Of a stretch of DNA of 64,000 bases, positions 23,393 through 35,911 are shown one piece after another. Below the pieces are notes generated by a model. It was given only the letters and a program-made list of their open reading frames with translations, searched no databases and was not told where the DNA came from. Position 1 is the stretch's first letter. Every line of letters starts with the position of its first letter. Both the position numbers and the translations under genes were made by a program. Source of the DNA: Podarcis erhardii (Eukaryota); NCBI GenBank assembly GCA_964252035.1, contig OZ176210.1. One strand, written 5' to 3'.

Positions 23393-25867
23393 TATATAAC
23401 CTTGATGCTTTTGTGAGCTCGCGAATGTGGGCTTTAATTATAATATAAAATGTACCGGCAGGTTTGTGCCTGTATGTTTCCTGGCTTGGCCCAAGACTGT
23501 TTGCAAACGGTAGTCTTGTTTCCGGTAAAGGTGCACAGTACCCAAAGCCAGCCAACTTAATTTGGCACCTGGGGTTGAAAATTCCACAACGCCTCTCCTT
23601 TTCCCTGCCTGTTAAAATATATATATATATACACAATAATAATACTCTAAACAACTAACAGTTTACCGCCATGTTTCAGTTGCTCACACTGTGGTGAGAT
23701 GTTTTGCATTTCATTCTAAATTAGAGTAATCATGGACCGAATACCATTGTTATCATGCATTCTGGATGATTTGCGCTCATGATGCTACTGGGGTGGTCAT
23801 ACCAGATACTGCTTTCCATATACTTTGCACCTGCAGAAATTTTGGGATGGACACACTGCTTCATTTCCAGTTGGTGCATATCCTGCTGAGACCCTGCCAC
23901 GTTTTATACCATAAATCTTTTGGTTCACTTTTGTTCCGCTTTTGTTCTGCTATAGGTAGCAATAAGGAGGTGGCGTTGGGGATGCATGACAGCAGGAAAA
24001 AAAATAAAGCAAAATAAATCCACCACTAATGTACTAATGCATTGTGCGAAGAATATGTTGCAGAATCTACCAACAATACGCCAGTGGTCTGGAGGGGCCC
24101 TGTTTCTATATTTGCACCAATGTGCATGTTAGCATATGAAAATTTAATGTGCCCTCTGTTTTGATAATACATTTCCTTTTGGAAGTAATATATAAGTGGC
24201 TACCCTAGACATATGTGTTTCCTCCCACCCACCCTGACTAGAATAAGTCCTTTACTGTTTATAACATACTGTGATATCTTAGTCTCCTGATTTTTCTGCC
24301 AGTCAGAAATGCAGCCACTCAGAAACACTCCCTCAGTTCCTCCCAGATCTGAGCTTTCAGCTATTGCAACAGTTTGTTTTCCCCTGCTCCTAATTCTGGC
24401 ACAGAACATTTCTGATCCTTGCCAGCTTCCTACGGCCTTCCAGCTTTTAGTAAACAGTCATTCTCTCATGGTTGTCCAAAGTGAGTCTGTTATTTGGTTT
24501 CCCACATCTTTTTTCCCCCTTCTCTTTATTTTGTTTTGTTTTGCTTTTTGTTAGTGCAATATGTTTTAAAGTCACAAGGCTAAAACGTTCCATGATAAAA
24601 ATGGGTGGTCCCATCTAATGCTTGAATTTTAGCCTTCCTAAAGAAAGCAGGAGAAAGAGACCACTGGGAAAGATGATAGAATTTGTTCTTGTTAAAAGAA
24701 AACTCTGAGTGATGAGGCTAGTAAGCCTTAAAGGTAAGCATAGGGGGCCTGCGGACTTCTAGATGTTGTCAGACTCCAACTCCCATCATCCCTGAATATC
24801 ATTCCGTGCTGGCTGGAGGAAACTGGAGTTGGAATCCAACAGCAGCTGGAGGTTCCCTGCGGCTTCCCCATTCTAGTTTTAAGGTTACAGTCAAAGATGA
24901 GAAAATTGTAAGTTGTCTGCAATGGGCTGGACACTGCTGCCCTCTGCTGAGTTTGAACAGCACCAGAACTGCTCTAGCCTAAGTAGACACGGTAGAGAAA
25001 TTTGTTTCAGGTCGCGTTTGAAGGAGAGCACGCCGAAGTCACTCTTTGCAAAATAATACACAAACCCTTCAGAACTTCTTCTTCTCTGAAGTTTTGCAAA
25101 GCAACCAAGTAACGTATCTAGAAATGCATAGGTGCACAGAGCAAGGAGGGCATAAAATCGCACATATTGTTGAAAATACATTATATTAGTATTTTCTACA
25201 TGGTTTGCTTTGCAAAAAAAAAAAGTATGTGTATTAGGAGAAATCCACACGTGGATTTTTGTGTTTTTTTTTTAAAAAAATGCAAAGTGATGTGGAAATG
25301 CGGAGAACGGAACTTAAAATTGGAAAAAGGATAAACTGAAATGGACAGATCCACCCATTTCTAACCGTCTTCAGCTACTTGTGTCTACTAATTAAAAAAA
25401 AAAAGATTTTATTTTACTCCAGGTTATGGTGGTTTGGATATTAGTATGCAAGTTGCTACAGAGAATATAAAAAGGACTGATGTCGCAGACACTTGGGTTT
25501 AAGGATCGTACTTCAGGTTTCACCCTGAAGCACCTACATCCTGCTGCAGGATCTTTAAAACTTTGTGGGTTGACAAATTGAAGAGGATTCCCTTCATTTG
25601 GCTGAGACCAGACAGTATCTGAGAGTGTGTGTATGCATGCAGACTGCCTTGTATATCGGTTGCCCCCCATTAGATCACAGCAGAAGCACTTGTCATTGGA
25701 AGAGCAGATGAGAATGAAAGCTCCCTTCTGAGGAGACCGCCTTGTTCATTACGATGATTTTTCGACATATTGATACTAACAAAAACAAAGGCATTTTTAA
25801 GACCATAAGATGAGCCTCCCTGGATCAGCCAAAGGCCCGGCTAGTTCAACATCTTTGTCATGCACTT

Positions 25868-26440
25868 GTCACACTGTTTCTGCCTCTACGTGGGGCTACC
25901 TTTGAAGGTGACCCAGAAATTACAACTAATCCAGAATGCAGCAGCTAGACTGGTGACTGGGAGTGGCCACCGAGACCATATAACACCAGTCCTGAAAGAC
26001 CTACATTAGCTCCCAGTACGTTCTCGAGCACAATTCAAAGTGTTGGCGCTGACCTTTAAAGCTCTAAACGGCCTTGGTCCAGTATACCTGAAGGAGTGTC
26101 TCCACCTCCATTGTTCAGCCCGGACACTGAGGTCCAGCTCTGAGGGCCTTATTGCGGTTCCCTCACTGAGAGAAGTGAGGTTACAGGGAACCAGGCAGAG
26201 GGCCTTCTCAGTAGTGGCGCCCTCCCTGTGGAATGCCCTCCCTTCAGATGTCAATGAAATAAACAACTATCTGACTTTTAGAAGACATCTGAAGGCAGCC
26301 CTGTTTAGGGAAGTTTTTTTATGTTAGATGTTTTATTGTGTCTTTAATATTCTGTTGGGAGCTGTCCAGAGTGGCTGGGGAAAGCCAGCCAGATGGGCAG
26401 AGTATAAATAATAAATTATTATTAAAATTATTATTATTAC
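25868..26440 (+). mobile_element. L2 LINE 3' fragment
   Basis: QNAAARLVTG...HITPVLKDLH*LPV...LWNALP...FRRHLKAALFR plus (TTA)n tail. Shorter 3' ends of L2-type elements lie near 16390-16570 (-), 19590-19706 (+), 34260-34400 (-) and 52940-53085 (-). Confidence 0.92.
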
Positions 26441-27493
26441 TCTACCATCTGATGAAATGGGACACCTGAATGCTACACACAGTTGAGCATGCATAGGCAA
26501 ATACCAAATGCCTGATTTATTGCTTTCCTGCAGTGCTGTGCATAGTCACTTCCCCATTGGGCTATAATATTATTTCATATGGCATGTTATAATTAACAAC
26601 CCATTACACATTTTTGCAGCTGGTTTTATGAGAACAGAATATATTTGATTGCATAGGTTTTGTAAGGAAGATCCCAGATACTCTGGAGACTATTCATATA
26701 TGCACACATATACTGTACACTGAAAGATTAAATATATCTTACAAATATTTTTAAACACCCTGGAAAGGAAGTGTCCAATCTGTATTTGGCAACTATTTCA
26801 GAATGTTCCAACATTAAATGGTTGTGCTAGCTAAGCCGAGCTCTATATAAAGTTTCTTAACTGTCTGTGTGGTGAATTGATGAATATTTTAATAAGTTTC
26901 ACTTGAGCAATGCTCATATAAATTATACAAGCTTGTGGGTGGCTTCACAAATTATACCTTTGTGGGGTGCAGTCAAATCTACCTCTGTTTTTTTAAACAT
27001 GCGGTTAAGTTATCAATAACTACCTCCACATGCAGAATTCTGCCTCTGTGCAATTTGACTGAGCTGTAATCATTAACAGCTCAGGAGAAATAGTTCATTA
27101 TTCCTTTTCTTTAAATAGAGTTGCATATATAACCAAACTGTGGTTTGTTTAAAGATGGGTATATGGGCCATAATTGCATCCTTGCTCAGTTTTAACCCTG
27201 CCGTTACATCTATTAAGTTACTTTTAGGAAGATGAAGAGAAGCACCTAAAATTGCTTGCTGTTGATTTGAGAACAACACTTACTATCATTATCATTATCA
27301 TTATTGATTAAATTCGTATTCTGCCCTTCCTCCCGTAGGGGCCCAGGGCAGCAAAAACATTAACTGATACACTTAAAAGCATCTGGAAATAGTTCCAATA
27401 CAGATGCAGACTGTATTAGACCTGTCTAACATTTAACAGGAGAGAATTTCACATGGTAGGTGTCAGGACACTAAAGGCCCAATTCCTATAGTG

Positions 27494-27741
27494 CATGGGT
27501 AGGCAAATTAAGGCCTGGGGCTGGATCCGACCCAGTCGCCTTCTAAATCTGGCCCACAGACGGTCGGGGAATCAGCATGTTTTTACATGAGTAGAATGTG
27601 TGCTTTTATTTAAAATGCATCTCTGGGTTATTTGTGGGGCATAGGAATTCAATCATATTTTTTTCCAAAATATAGTCCGGCCTCCCACAAGGTCTGAGGG
27701 ACAGTGGACCGGCCCCCTGCTGATAAAGTTTGCCGACCCTT
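27494..27741 (-). mobile_element. hAT (Charlie-like) MITE
   Basis: Degenerate CAGGGGT TIRs; TSD CTATAGTG / CTATAGTC; homologous to 29217-29537. Confidence 0.8.
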
Positions 27742-28357
27742 CTATAGTCTATTGAATGGATCACCTGCTTAAATGGTATCTGCAAAAGGTCCTATAGATG
27801 ATGTTGAAATAGGATAGTTTTGTATGACATGGAAATCGGACGTTTGTGCAGGCATCCCATGCCGTGGGGTGAGGATGAAATGAGGGTGCATGCATGGGAC
27901 GCACTCCCAAAGAGAAGCCAGAGACAATGGACTTAGGCTGAAGTGCAGGTTTCCACTGCAAAGGAAATTGGTGGGCCAAGAAACAGCCAAGCGATTGGGT
28001 GGATGTATGTTAATGTTGCACAGGTGGGGCAAAGGCACCTTCTTTGAGGCTGAGAGGATGAGCCTCAACTTGCCCTTCAAGATGAACAAGTCGTTGTAAG
28101 AGGTGTTTCTGGGTGCTGTTTCCCTGCCACTTTCTGAGGCCCCAGTCAGGCAAATGGCGGAATTGGACCACACATCCTATGTTGAAACAAGGTGATTATG
28201 GGGCAACTGGAGCACCCCCTAAGCTGCTCCTGCTACCAGAACCGTCCCTATTATTAGGTAAAGGTCCCAAACCTGTTTTGGAGAATAGAAACATCAAAGT
28301 ACACAACAATAAACACATTCCCCCCCCCATCTAGTACAAAGCTGCTTTAGAGAATAC

Positions 28358-28724
28358 AAAGGTAAAAGTAAAAAGGTAAAGGTAAAGGGACCCCTGGCCA
28401 TTAGGTCCAGTCGTGACCGACTCTGGGGTTGTGGCGCTCATCTCGCTTTATTGGCCGAGGGAGCGTACAGCTTCCGGGTCATGTGGCCAGCAGGACTAAG
28501 CTGCTTCTGGCGAACCAGAGCAGTGCATGGAAACGTCGTTTACCTTCCCACCGGAGCGGTACCTATTTATCTACTTGCACTTTGACATGCTTTCAAACTG
28601 CTAGGTTGGCAGGAGCAGGGACTGAGCAACAGAAGCTTACCCCGCCGTGGGGATTCGAACCGCCGACCTTCTGATCGGCAAGTCCTAGGCTTTGTGGTTT
28701 AACCCACAGCACCACCCGTGACCC
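28358..28724 (-). mobile_element. Sauria SINE, full length
   Basis: Same family; flanked by a 44-50 bp direct repeat. Confidence 0.92.
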
Positions 28725-28978
28725 AAAGATAAAAGTACACAACAATAAATACATTTTTTCATCTAGTACAGCTGCATCCCCGAAAGATAACAGAAAAAGC
28801 AATGGTGTGGATTTGAAGAGGGCATGGTGTCAAAAGATGAAATATTGCGTTCCCAAAATAGCTGAGTTCTGTTCAGAAATCCCAAATCAACGAAAACATG
28901 TTATATTTGTATAGTGCAAAAGGAAACATTATTTGAATTCACACACTGTTTAATATGGAGTCTTTCTTCTTTCCCAAG

Positions 28979-29034
28979 GCAGATCCGTGATTGCACAGCC
29001 CATATTTGTTTTCAAGAAGGAACGCCCTTGCAAG
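28979..29034 (+). CDS. RANBP3L: RANBP3L exon 2 (RSVIAQPIFVFKKERPCK)
   Basis: SVIAQPIFVF matches human RANBP3L as recalled; pyrimidine tract plus AAG acceptor; donor AAG|GTACGA; phases 1 to 0. Confidence 0.9.
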
Positions 29035-29216
29035 GTACGAATGGAAGCCTCCCCTTCTTGCATTTCTCCTGACAACACATCTGGGGTGAGTCAGGGCACA
29101 AGGTGGGTTCAGCAGAGAGTCTGCATTCATAGATACATCTGTACGCACCTGGGGCAGATGTGTAATCAGGAATCCTGGAAAACCTGGGTTCCCAGCCATA
29201 GTAGTAGAATTTAGAA

Positions 29217-29537
29217 CAGGGGTCAGCAAACTTTTTCAGCAGGGGGGTGGTCCACTATCCCTCAGAATTTGTGGGGGGCCGGAATATATTTTTTGGGGGG
29301 GAATGAACAAATTCCTATGCCCCACAAATAACCCAGAGATACATTTTAAATAAAAGGACACATTCTGCTCATGTAAAAACACTAGGCAGGCCCCACAAAT
29401 AACCCAGAGATGCATTTTAAATAAAAGGACACATTCTACTCGTGTAAAAACATGCTGATTCCCAGACCGTCCGCGGGCTGGATTGAGAAGGTGATTGGGC
29501 CGCATCCGGCCCACGGGCCTTAGGTTGCCTACCCCTG
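29217..29537 (+). mobile_element. hAT (Charlie-like) MITE with an internal duplication
   Basis: CAGGGGTCAGC...GCCTACCCCTG; TSD ATTTAGAA / GTTTAGAA; duplicated CCCCACAAATAACCCAGAGAT..CACATTCT unit. Confidence 0.85.
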
Positions 29538-29549
29538 GTTTAGAAGTTA

Positions 29550-29801
29550 CAGTGGTACCTTGTGATGCAAACGGGATGCGTTCCGAAGCCCTGTTCACAT
29601 CCTGAAGCGAACGCAACCCACATCTGCGCGTGTGCGGGTCACGATTCGCCGCTTCCGTGCATTCGCGTGATGTCATTTTGCACGTCTGTGCATGCGCGAG
29701 CGGCGAAACCCGGAAGTAATCTGTTCCGTTACTTCTGGGTCGCCATGGAGCGTAACCTGAAAACGCTCAACCTGAAGCATATTTAACCTGAGGTATGACT
29801 G
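29550..29801 (+). mobile_element. Tc1/mariner MITE family B
   Basis: CAGTGGTACC...GTATGACTG with TA flanks. Confidence 0.85.
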
Positions 29802-29803
29802 TA

Positions 29804-30045
29804 CAGTGGTACATCGGGTTACAGACGCTTCAGGTTACAGACGCTTCAGGTTACAGACTTCGTTTACCCATAAATAGTACCTTGGGTTAAGAACTTTGTT
29901 TCAGGATGAGAACAGAAATTGCGCGGTAGCGGCGCAGCAACAGTGGGAGGCCCTATTAGCTAAAGTGGTGCTTCAGGTTAAGAGCAGTTTCAGGTTAAGA
30001 ATGGACCTCCGGAACGAATCGAGTTCTTAACCCGAGGTACCACTG
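29804..30045 (+). mobile_element. Tc1/mariner MITE family A, sharing a TA with the family B copy
   Basis: Family A TIRs; duplicated GTTACAGACGCTTCAG unit. Confidence 0.9.
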
Positions 30046-30280
30046 TACTCTGAATGCATACAGAGCAGCGGTGGGGAATCTCAGGTCTTGGGAGCAAATG
30101 CATCCCTCGAGGTCTCTGCCCCTAGGACACTCCCCTCTCCCCAGCCCATGTCCCCTTGGTGACTGTATTCTACACACTGAGTGTTTTTGTGTGGCTAGAA
30201 TATGTTGTTAAGCTCTGTTAATGTCTCTTGCTGGTCTGGATGGAGGAGACAGATGAAAGTGTGAGTGCATGTAGAAAAGA

Positions 30281-30495
30281 CAGTGGTACCTCCGGTTACA
30301 GATGCTTCAGGTTACAGACTCCGCTAACCCAGAAATAGTACCTCAGGTTTAGAACTTTGCTTCAGGATGAGAACAGAAATCGTGTGGCAGCAGCGGGAGG
30401 CCCCATTAGCTAAAGTGGTGCTTCAGGTTAAGAACAGTTTCAGGTTAAGAACGGACCTCTGGAACGAATTAAGTTCTTAACCTGAGGTACCACTG
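30281..30495 (+). mobile_element. Tc1/mariner MITE family A
   Basis: Family A TIRs. Confidence 0.9.
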
Positions 30496-30739
30496 TAGTC
30501 TGTAGCTCAAAGTCATATTTGTTGCCCTGTCTACTTTTACCGCTGAGGTGGGGCTGATGAAAACTGATCTCCAACATCATCTGTTCATGATCTAGACTGA
30601 ACCTCAGTTTCTGCTATGCATTCTGTTACACATATTTCCAAGGCTGGCAAAAATCAGTGTCCAACTAGGGGTCTCTCTTAAAATAACTGACATCTGGCAA
30701 TCCTCAACTGAGGGCTGACGACTCTTTCTTTCTGTCCAG

Positions 30740-30776
30740 AGGCCTGCAGAAGATCCTGTGTGCAAGACCGAAAAAG
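30740..30776 (+). CDS. RANBP3L: RANBP3L exon 3 (RPAEDPVCKTEK)
   Basis: tctttctttctgtccag acceptor; RPAED matches human; donor AAG|GTAATC; phases 0 to 1. Confidence 0.88.
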
Positions 30777-30784
30777 GTAATCAG

Positions 30785-31200
30785 GCAGCAAGAATTATCC
30801 TAGCTAGGAAATGGGGAAAGCAAGGTGGATTCCAAATAGAAGAGTAGTATAAAGAATTGTGGGATATAGCGATTAATGATAAATTAACGTGTGCTGTCAA
30901 AGTAGGAAGGGGAATATGGAAGAGAAATGACTTTGAGGAGATATGGAAACGATTTGTGGAATTTGTATTGTTAAAACAGAAAGGGATCAAACCATCCCAA
31001 GAAGTGTTACATTTTTGGAAAAAAGGATAATTATGATAAATAATGGCCTTGAAGGTGGGGTTCACATTTTTTAAAATTATTATTATTACTTTATTAAAAA
31101 TAAAATAATAACAATATATGTATTTTTAATGTAATCATTTATTTTTGTTAAGAAAGCTTCCAACACCAACTGGTTGTAAAGTACACAGTATCATTTTTAT
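30785..31200 (+). mobile_element. L1 ORF2 C-terminus and 3' UTR fragment
   Basis: AARIILARKWGKQ...KELWDIAINDKLT...FEEIWKRFVEFV followed by an AT-rich tail; 3' boundary approximate. Confidence 0.8.
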
Positions 31201-31212
31201 TTAGTAAATAGG

Positions 31213-31624
31213 TGTAATGGTTGTAAGGGGTTACTTGTGCGTAAGTTGCCTTCAGTTTTGGTTAGATTGCCTGGCCAACCATGCTTTGGCTGACAGCTCA
31301 CACTCCGTGGCCGGTCAGTCACTTGCAGAATCCGTCAGTGGGCGTTTCTTGAACCTTTTCCAGCATAAGAGCTGTTTGACGCCAAGTCTCCTCCTACTTT
31401 CCCTGCGCGGAACTCGTCTGCGCAAGTAAGGGGAAGGCAGGGGCGTGTCAGCGCTCTCCCCACTAGTCTCTGGTGAAGGGTCTTGGAGACCTGCCTCCAA
31501 ATCCTCCATCTCCTGCTCTTCTCTACTGGTGTTACGCTGAATTCCTTCCCCCCTGCTGGTCCCCTCTCCTGCATCGCTTTGGAGCCCTGCCTCCACCTCT
31601 CGCTCTGATGTCAGTTCCCTGACA
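31213..31624 (-). mobile_element. Solo LTR, ORF-bearing family Y
   Basis: Reverse-complement homologue of 9530-9952; exact 5-bp TSD ATAGG. Confidence 0.9.
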
Positions 31625-32446
31625 ATAGGTATTCACCTTAGTCAACCCAGGGCATCAACATATCACCTAGATTCAATCCTCTGCCTCAGGATTTTTCATG
31701 CCAATAAATACCTGTATTGCTTCTGGTTTGGCAGCAAATCTGATATGGCATCAAACCTGAGACTAAGCAGCTACATATATTCTTGTCCCCTTTTTTTGTA
31801 AGTAAGGTCCCTGCACATCCAGCACCTGCATTCCTATGAAAAAATAGCCATATCTACAAAACATGTTTTATTCAGCCTTTTGAATAAAGGGCCGTTCTCT
31901 GCCCTCTGCAGACCAGGACATGTGATTATCTTAGTCATCAGTGGGATATGGACAAGAGCGTGCTCTCTCTTGGACAACTTCCTCAACACGCAATAGATTT
32001 TAATTATAATTTAATTATTCCAATATAATATACTTGTAACCCTAGGATAATCTACCCTTGTTTAGGGAGAACCCTTGATTTATCAGCCGTCTTCTGACAA
32101 TCACAAGACAGCCTTATTTATTTATTTACTATTGCATTTATAGTCCATCTTTTTTCCCAAGCTGCTCAAGGTGACATACAGGGTTCTTCTGCTCATCATT
32201 TAATCCCCACAACAGCCCCACCTCTCTCCACGTAGAGGACTGATCACATAGGTCCTTACCACCTGGGGGAAGTGGCAAGGATCTTTTTTATTTTAAGAAT
32301 AAATTGTATTAAAAGATTTGGGGGGGGGGGTTACAAAGCCACATGCTTTGTCTCTTTTTTCAGGTTGTAGTGTCTTTATTGCTTATTTTATTTTATTTTT
32401 TGCATTTATTTCCCACCTTTTTCTCCAAGGAGCTCAAGGTCTCATA

Positions 32447-32672
32447 CAGTGGTACCTCAGGTTACATACGCTTCAGGTTACAGACTCCGCTTACCCAGAA
32501 ATAGTACCTCGGGTTAAGAACTTTGCTTCAGAATGAGAACATAAATCGTGCTCCGGTGGCACGGCGGCAGCAGGAGGCCCCATTAGCTAAAGTGGTGCTT
32601 CAGGTTAAGAACAGTTTCAGGTTAAGAATGGACCTCCGGAATGAATTAAGTACTTAACCCGAGGTACCACTG
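32447..32672 (+). mobile_element. Tc1/mariner MITE family A nested in an older MIR-like SINE (about 32380-32825, minus strand)
   Basis: Family A TIRs and TA TSD; host SINE sequence resumes on both sides. Confidence 0.9.
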
Positions 32673-32922
32673 TACATGGTTCTCATTTAGTCCCCCAAAC
32701 AGCCCTGTGAGGTATGTTAGGCTGAGAGGCAATGGCTGGCCCAAGGTCACCCGGTGCACCGTGGGAAGATTTGAACCTTGGTCTCCCAGATCCCAGTCTG
32801 ACAAGCTAACCACTATGCCACACTGTGTAGCCTTGGGTTTCATTCCTTTGGGCTGTTGTATTGCTGAGGTTGAAAGGAATTGCAGTGCATGATGATGTGT
32901 ACTGTGTTTTCCCCCCTTTTAG

Positions 32923-33000
32923 TTTCCACTGGTTGTTCCAGAAAACGTGCAAGATCTTCGTCTTTTTCTTTTCAAACGTCCGACTCCCAGTCATACAGAG
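32923..33000 (+). CDS. RANBP3L: RANBP3L exon 4 (VSTGCSRKRARSSSFSFQTSDSQSYR), basic NLS-like / RxRxxS motif
   Basis: 78-nt exon; ttttcccccctttag acceptor; GAG|GTATGA donor; RKRARSSSF vs human RKRVRSSSF. Confidence 0.93.
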
Positions 33001-33771
33001 GTATGACTTCTTAGCCCATTTCCCTTTCCAGTACTGAATTGTACATTAAGAGTAAACCCATTATTCTACCAGGTTTCAAATTGTACTCACTCAGTTGGAA
33101 TTAAATGCTGAACAGCACGTTTTAATTCCCACTGATTTCAAAGGTAGTTAGTTAAGCATAGTTTGAAATGGACAACAGTGGGATGTGAATGGTTGTAGGA
33201 CAGAAACTGTAAGAATAATCTGATGCTTAGTTCAGCTTTCCACAACCAAGTGTCCTCCAGATGTTTTGGATAAAATTTCCATCATCCCTGACCACTGGGG
33301 ATGGTCACCCTGACTGCAGTTGATAGGAGTTGGAATCAAAAATATAGGGAAGATACCAAGTTTGGGAAGGCTGCCTTAGTCTATATATCCGTCAAGTTTT
33401 TTTTATCAAAGAAACATGGTGCTATAATTGTGTTTACATGCTAGCATAATTACTTTTGCTTAAGTTATAAGTGTAAAATACCCTTGGGGAAATTTATGAT
33501 TTGCTTCTTGTGTTTCCAGAAAATGTTCTTTCCCCCAAAAGAGCAAGATCATCTTCCTTTAACATCCTTCCAACATTTCCACCACCCCAGCCAGGTAAAT
33601 TAAAGTATGACTAAAGAGTGATTTAGTAGGCCGGAATAGTATTATTATTATTATTTTGTCAGTGCTTGAGGGAGTTTTGACTCACTGGTAAAACTCAGTA
33701 CAAAATGAACAAGAAGAGGAAAGAGGAAAAAAGAAAACCAATTTAGCTAAACACTTTGCACTGTTTTGCAG

Positions 33772-33843
33772 TAAAGAAGAATAACATATTCATGACCTCA
33801 GCGCTACTACAAAAGAACATTGCTGTGAAAGAAACAGAAAAAG
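33772..33843 (+). CDS. RANBP3L: RANBP3L exon 5 (VKKNNIFMTSALLQKNIAVKETEK)
   Basis: 72-nt exon; ttttgcag acceptor; AAG|GTACAG donor; KNNIFMTSAL vs human KNNVFMTSAL. Confidence 0.93.
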
Positions 33844-33875
33844 GTACAGTTATTATAGTGCAATGGAACCATTGT

Positions 33876-34047
33876 GGGACGCGGGTGGCGTTGTGGGTTA
33901 AACCACAGAGCCTAGGACTTGCCGATCAGAAGGTCAGCGGTTTGAATCCCCGTGACGGGGTGAGCTCCCTTTGCTCGGTCCCTGCTCCTGCCAACCTAGC
34001 AGTTCGAAAGCACGTCAAAGTGCAAGTAGATAAATAGGTACCGCTTT
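33876..34047 (+). mobile_element. Sauria SINE, 3'-truncated
   Basis: 5' half only; 15-bp imperfect direct repeat on both sides. Confidence 0.88.
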
Positions 34048-34260
34048 AATGGAGCCATTATATGGGGCTATTACGTAGGCCCCTTTATATGGACTAGAAG
34101 TGAAGGAAATAGAGGGCATTACTATGGAAAAGCCTCTATTGTACATGAAATCCTGCCATGTATGTCACACTGCCCCCTAGCTTGTGGATGATCATGGAAC
34201 TAGACTGGAAGGAAATTTCTAGGACTTGTAGATTCTGCAGAAAGGGTGTTATGAACCTCA

Positions 34261-34306
<46 letters not shown>

Positions 34307-34704
34307 TTTATTTATATCCCGCCCTCCCCAGCCGAAGCCGGGCTCAGGGCGGCTAACAATAATCAAACAATCAAACAATAATCAAACAATTAAACCCATT
34401 GTTCAGGCATATCATATAACTCTCAATTTACCATGTATACCATGCGCCCCATTTGTGACCTATTTGTTTTTACATTCATGTGGGATTTTGAAATTTTGCA
34501 AAATTTGCTTCGGCTCTAGTGTACAGATGTAAGAGCAAAATATGTTTTTAACCACCTTCCCTCCAAAAATCTAGAAAGTCTTAGGATGGAGTTAGAAGGC
34601 ACTTCAAGGTCATCTAGTTCAACTGCATGCCCATGCAGGAAACCTCCTACTAGAGTTTCCCTAATAAGTGTCCACCCAGACTCTGCTGAAAACCCTTCAA
34701 ATTA

Positions 34705-34930
34705 CAGTGGTACCTCGGGTTACATATGCTTCAGGTTACAGACTCCGCTAACTCAGAAATAGTGCTTCAGGTTAAGAAATTTGCTTCAGGATAAGAACAG
34801 AAATCGGGCTCCGGCAGCGCGGCAGCAGCAGGAGGCCCCATTAGCTAAAGTGGTGCTTCAGGTTAAGGACAGTTTCAGGTTAAGAACGGACCTCCGGAAC
34901 GAATTAAGTACTTAACCCGAGGCACCATTG
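34705..34930 (+). mobile_element. Tc1/mariner MITE family A
   Basis: Family A TIRs, TA TSD. Confidence 0.9.
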
Positions 34931-35289
34931 TATGGCAGTGCACAAACCATCAATTTAATTACATTCTCCCCAAATAATCTTGGGGATTGTAGTTTACCCT
35001 TCACAGAACTACAATTCCTAGAACTCTTAACAAACTACAGTTCCCATGATTCTTAGCTAGCGTGGATGTGTGATTCAAATATATTGTATATGTATAGCCT
35101 CGTGATTCTGTGACCTAGCTGCAATGTTCCTAGTGTGAAAATATGACAGAAGTTCAGTTGGCATGACTATCATAATGAAGGATTAGTTTTTCCTTCATTC
35201 ATGTGACTTTAAGAAACCCTTGTACAAGAAGGGTGTGCAATAAGAAATAACCATTTTTTTAAAATCCCTGTTTCTCTCTATTCTGCAAG

Positions 35290-35426
35290 GTCTTCCTTCA
35301 ACAAATGTACAACGGGATGTTTTAAGGCCTGCCATCTTACAACCACCGCAAGTTCCTTTGCACAAACCAGTAGAGAAGATTGAGATTGAAAATGTCCTGG
35401 AGGATAAACACGAATCAGACACTGAG
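35290..35426 (+). CDS. RANBP3L: RANBP3L exon 6 (GLPSTNVQRDVLRPAILQPPQ...DKHESDTE)
   Basis: VLRPAILQPPQ is the conserved RANBP3/RANBP3L motif; acceptor ctctattctgcaag; donor GAG|GTAAAA; phases 1 to 0. Confidence 0.88.
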
Positions 35427-35911
35427 GTAAAATATAGCACACATAGGAAGCCTTGTTCCAGACATGGCTCATAATACCTTATGGAATTGGGATTTTATCT
35501 CCCAGATGTCTTGCAAAGAAGTACAAGGACTGGGTACTAGTTCAGTATTGCAATACTCACACATTAGCCACGTGAAGCCATGCTGCACCCCGTTAGGGCA
35601 TGTGGTAGGCAAAGATCTGAAGTGGGAGCTGAAGATACTCATGTAGCCCCTTTACTGAAGCTGGACCACAAAAGGGAGTAAAGTTGTATCCTCCTCCTTT
35701 TTTTAAGCATCTCCATGCCATTGTTTCTGATCCAGATTGAGGGACACACACTGGCCCTTTGCAAAAGAAAAATGATGGGCAAACCGTGTGATGGAATCCA
35801 CATGTAGTTTGGCTTTGAGATAGATCATAATCGACAGGCTCATGCAGCAGATGCAGTTCTTAAAGGCACTCAAACTGGCAGTGGGGGCAGATGACCAACC
35901 CAAGCCAAGTA

